DNA of 64,000 nucleotides, from assembly GCF_009914755.1 (NCBI RefSeq), contig NC_060925.1; one strand, given 5' to 3'. This document shows positions 59,489 through 64,000 of this stretch, in pieces (within the stretch, counting starts at the first letter, position 1; each line of letters opens with the position of its first letter). The position numbers and the translations under genes were made by a program. The notes under the pieces were generated by a model. That model had not been told where the DNA came from. It saw nothing but the letters and a program-made list of their open reading frames with translations, and searched no databases. This DNA is from the human T2T-CHM13v2.0 reference genome, Homo sapiens.

Positions 59489-62189
59489 AAATCCAGTGTG
59501 ATCATCATCGAATGGACCCGAATGGAATCATCATCCAACGGAAGCTAATGGAATCAACATCGAATGAATCAAATGGAAACACCATCGAATTGAAACGAAT
59601 GGAATTACCATGAAATTGAAATGGATGGACTCATCATCTAATGGATTCGAATGGAATCATCGAATAAAATTGATTGAAATCATCATCGAATGGAATCGAA
59701 TGGTATCATTGAATGGAATCGAATGGAATCATCATCAGATGGAAATGAATGGAATCGTCATAGAATGGAATCGAATGGATTCATTGAATGGAATCAGATG
59801 GAATCATCGAATGGACTGGAATGGAATCATTGAATGGACTCGAAAGGGATCATTATTGAATGGAATTGAATGGAATCATCGAATGGTCTCGATTGGAATC
59901 ATTACTAAATGGAATCGAATGGAATCACCGAATAGAATCGAATGGAACAATCATCGAATGGACTCAAATGGAATTATCCTCAAATGGAATCGAATGGAAT
60001 TATCGAATGCAATCGAATGGAATTATCGAATGCAATCGAATAGAATCATCGAAAGGACTCGAATGGAATCATCGAATGGAATGGAATGGAACAGTCAATG
60101 AACTCGAATGGAATCATCATTGAATGGAATCGAATGGAATCATCGAGTGGAATCGAATGGAATTATGATCAAATGGAATCGAATGTAATCATCATCAAAT
60201 GGAATCAAAAATAACCATCATCAATTGGTATTGAATGGAATTGTCATCAAATGGAATTCAAAGGAATCATCATCAAATGGAACCGAATGGAATCCTGATT
60301 GAATGGAAATGAAAGGGGTCATCATCTGATGGAATCGCATGGAATCATCATCAAATGGAATCGAATGGAATCATCATCAAATGGAATCTAATGGAATCAT
60401 TGAACAGAATTGAATGGAATCGTCATCGAATGAATTGAATGCAATCATCGAATGGTCTCGAATGGAATCATCTTCTAATGGAAAGGAATGGAATCATCGC
60501 ATAGAATCGAATGGAATTATCATCGAATGGAATCGAATGGTATCAACACCAAACGGAAAAAAACGGAATTATCGAATGGAATCGAAGAGAATCTTCGAAC
60601 GGACCCGAATGGAATCATCTAATGGAATGGAATGGAATAATCCATGGACTCGAATGCAATCATCATCGAATGGAATCGAATGGAATCATCGAATGGACTC
60701 GAATGGAATAATCATTGAACGGAATCGAATGGAATCATCATCGGATGCAAACGAATGGAATCATCATCGAATGGAAATGAAAGGAGTCATCATCTAATGG
60801 AATTGCATGGAATCATCATAAAATGGAATCGAATGGAATCAACATCAAATGGAATCAAATGGAATCATTGAACGGAATTGAATGGAATCGTCATCGAATG
60901 AATTGACTGCAATCATCGAATGGTCTCGAATGGAATCATCTTCAAATGGAATGGAATGGAATCATCGCATAGAATCGAATGGAATTATCATCGAATGGAA
61001 TCGAATGGAATCAACATCAAACGGAAAAAAACAGAATTATCGTATGGAATCGAAGAGAATCATCGAATGGACCCGAATGGAATCATCTAATGGAATGGAA
61101 TGGAATAATCCATGGACTCGAATGCAATCATCATCGAATGGAATCGAATGGAATCATCGAATGGACTCGAATGGAATAATCATTGAACGGAATCGAATGG
61201 AATCATCATCGGATGGAAATGAATGGAATCATCATCGAATGGAATCGAATAGAATTATGGAATGAAATCCAGTGTGATCATCATCGAATGGACCCGAATG
61301 GAATCATCATCCAACGGAAGCTAATGGAATCAACATCGAATGAATCGATTGGAAACACCATCGAATTGAAACGAATGGAATTATCATGAAATTGAAATGG
61401 ATGGACTCATCATCGAATGGATTCGAATGGAATCATCAAATAAAATTGATTGAAATCATCATCAAATGGAATCGAATGGTATCATTGAATGGAATCGAAT
61501 GGAATCATCATCAGATGGAAATGAATGGAATCGTCATAGAATGGAATCGAATGGATTCATTGAATGGAATCAGATGGAATCATCGAATGGACTGGAATGG
61601 AATCATTGAATGGACTCGAAAGGGATCATTATTGAATGGAATTGAATGGAATCATCGAATGGTCTCGATTGGAATCATTACCAAATGGAATCGAATGGAA
61701 TCACCGAATAGAATCGAATGGAACAATCATCGAATGGACTCAAATGGAATTATCCTCAAATGGAATCGAATGGAATTATCAAATGCAATCGAATGGAATT
61801 ATCGAATGCAATCGAATAGAATCATCGAAAGGACTCGAATGGAATCATCGAATGGAATGGAATGGAACAGTCAATGAACTCGAATGGAATCATCATTGAA
61901 TGGAATCGAATGGAATCATCGAGTGGAATCGAATGGAATTATGATCAAATGGAATCGAATGTAATCATCATCAAATGGAATCAAAAATAACCATCATCAA
62001 TTGGTATTGAATGGAATTGTCATCAAATGGAATTCAAAGGAATCATCATCAAATGGAACCGAATGGAATCCTGATTGAATGGAAATGACAGGGGTCATCA
62101 TCTGATGGAATCGCATGGAATCATCATCAAATGGAATCGAATGGAATCATCATCAAATGGAATCTAATGGAATCATTGAACAGAATTGA

Positions 62190-62657
62190 ATGGAATCGTC
62201 ATCGAATGAATTGAATGCAATCATCGAATGGTCTCGAATGGAATCATCTTCTAATGGAAAGGAATGGAATCATCGCATAGAATCGAATGGAATTAACATT
62301 GAATGGACTCGAATGGAATCAACATCAAATGAAATCAAGCGGAATTATCGAATGAAATCGAAGAGAATCATCGAATGGACTCGAATGGAATCATCTAATG
62401 GAATGGAATGGAATAATCCACGGACTCGAATGCAATCATCATTGTATAGAATCGAATGGAATCATCGAATGGACTCGAATGGAATAACCATTGAACGGAA
62501 TAGAATGGAATCATCATCGGAAGGAAACGAATGGAATCATCATCGAATGGAAATGTAAGGAGTCATCATCTAATGGAATTGCATGGAATCATCATAAAAT
62601 GGAATCGAATGGAATCATCATCAAATGGAATCAAATGGAATCATTGAACGGAATTGA
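62190..62657 (+). repeat. Diverged module variant without the 147-bp duplication (468 bp)
   Basis: Carries attaacattg, gaaatcaagcgg, ccacggactc, cattgtatag, cggaaggaaa, aaatgtaagg, each once; unit length stays 1776. Confidence 0.88.
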
Positions 62658-64000
62658 ATGGAATCGTCATCGAATGAATTGAATGCAATCATCGAATGGT
62701 CTCGAATGGAATCATCTTCAAATGGAATGGAATGGAATCATCGCATAGAATCGAATGGAATTATCATCGAATGGAATCGAATGGTATCAACATCAAACGG
62801 AAAAAAACGGAATTATCGAATGGAATCGAAGAGAATCTTCGAACGGACCCGAAAGGAATCATCTAATGGAATGGAATGGAATAATCCATGGACTCGAATG
62901 CAATCATCATCGAATGGAATCGAATGGAATCATTGAATGGACTCGAATGGAATAATCATTGAACGGAATCGAATGGAATCATCATCGGATGGAAATGAAT
63001 GGAATCATCATCGAATGGAATCGAATAGAATTATGGAATGAAATCCAGTGTGATCATCATCGAATGGACCCGAATGGAATCATCATCCAACGGAAGCTAA
63101 TGGAATCAACATCGAATGAATCGAATGGAAACACCATCGAATTGAAACGAATGGAATTATCATGAAATTGAAATGGATGGACTCATCATCGAATGGATTC
63201 GAATGGAATCATCGAATAAAATTGATTGAAATCATCATCGAATGGAATCGAATGGTATCATTGAATGGAATCGAATGGAATCGTCATCAGATGGAAATGA
63301 ATGGAATCGTCATAGAATGGAATCGAATGGATTCATTGAATAGAATCAGATGGAATCATCGAATGGACTGGAATGGAATCATTGAATGGACTCGAAAGGG
63401 ATCATTATTGAATGGAATTGAATGGAATCATCGAATGGTCTCGATTGGAATCATTATCAAATGGAATCGAATGGAATCACCGAATAGAATCGAATGGAAC
63501 AATCATCGAATGGACTCAAATGGAATTATCCTCAAATGGAATCGAATGGAATTATCGAATGCAATCGAATGGAATTATAGAATGCAATCGAATAGAATCA
63601 TCGAAAGGACTCGAATGGAATCATCGAATGGAATGGAATGGAACAGTCAATGAACTCGAATGGAATCATCATTGAATGGAATCGAATGGAATCATCGAGT
63701 GGAATCGAATGGAATTATGATGAAATGGAATCGAATGTAATCATCATCAAATGGAATCAAAAATAACCATCATCAATTGGTATTGAATGGAATTGTCATC
63801 AAATGGAATTCAAAGGAATCATCATCAAATGGAACCGAATGGAAGCCTCATTGAATGGAAATGAAAGGGGTCATCATCTAATGGAATCGCATGGAATCAT
63901 CATCAAATGGAATCGAATGGAATCATCATCAAATGGAATCTAATGGAATCATTGAACAGAATTGAATGGAATCGTCATCGAATGAATTGAATGCAATCAT

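Larger units (their letters stand above)
1..64000 (+). repeat. Human Satellite II (HSat2/HSATII) tandem array, GGAAT strand on +; probably the 1.77-kb-unit subfamily of chr1q12 (HSat2A2/D1Z1)
   Basis: Continuous GAATG/GAATC pentamer-derived sequence with 23-bp (gaatcatcgaatggaatcgaatg) and 26-bp (gaatcatcatcgaatggaatcgaatg) monomers and dense TCGA sites. The ATCATCGAATGG content is typical of HSat2 rather than HSat3. 11 of 34 landmark intervals are exactly 1776 bp. Family call is firm; subfamily and chromosome are from recalled knowledge, not a database search. Confidence 0.97.

Noticed and set aside
26-63675. Some 200-plus short + strand ORFs (60-163 aa; MESSSNGMEWNHRIES..., MKLKWMDSSS...)
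   Set aside because: Low-complexity translations of the GGAAT-derived repeat, overlapping in several frames, opened and closed by random SNPs, with no recognisable domain. They are not credible genes.
1-64000. CRISPR-like array or repeat-spacer system
   Set aside because: There are no unique spacers; all sequence between recurrent motifs is itself satellite, and there are no cas-like genes.
1-64000. Inversions or inserted mobile elements (Alu, L1, LTR)
   Set aside because: No CATTCC-strand tract, poly-A tail, target-site duplication or non-satellite segment was seen, and the landmark arithmetic accounts for every interval.
1-64000. HSat3 or DYZ1 assignment
   Set aside because: Pure (GGAAT)n runs are short (about 3-4 copies) and ATCATCGAATGG 23/26-bp monomers dominate, which indicates HSat2.
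1-64000. Absence of minus-strand ORFs as a sign of coding selection on the plus strand
   Set aside because: Adequately explained by the repeat itself: the minus strand reads ...TTCGATGATGATTCC..., supplying frequent TGA stops.

Overview
The whole 64 kb window is one uninterrupted, single-orientation array of human Satellite II (HSat2/HSATII): degenerate (GGAAT)n with 23/26-bp monomers rich in ATCGAATGG and ATCATC. I found no gene, RNA gene, transposon, CRISPR array or unique-sequence island, and the ORFs in the track are repeat translation artefacts. The commonest higher-order unit is 1776 bp with normally one EcoRI site. That matches my recollection of the 1.77-kb chromosome 1q12 repeat (pUC1.77/D1Z1, HSat2A2); the chromosome assignment is an inference. 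The informative structure is architectural. The once-per-unit landmark AAATCCAGTGTGATC (35 copies, three with a point change) gives spacings 1776,1308,3128,1776,2686,1776,2391,2218x6,1776,1750x3,1923,1776,1923,1776,1308,1776,1308,1776,1285,1825,2147,1776,1211,1102,1041,1776,1776. These decompose exactly into a 1308-bp core plus 468-bp or 442-bp modules and a few discrete indels (+147, +49, -23, -71, -206, -564/-1, -735). The window also contains local sub-arrays, dispersed multi-kb duplications, a diverged module haplotype, a chimeric patch and one out-of-register junction. I do not see evidence for a new protein- or RNA-coding system; the findings concern satellite evolution and possible protein-binding sites.
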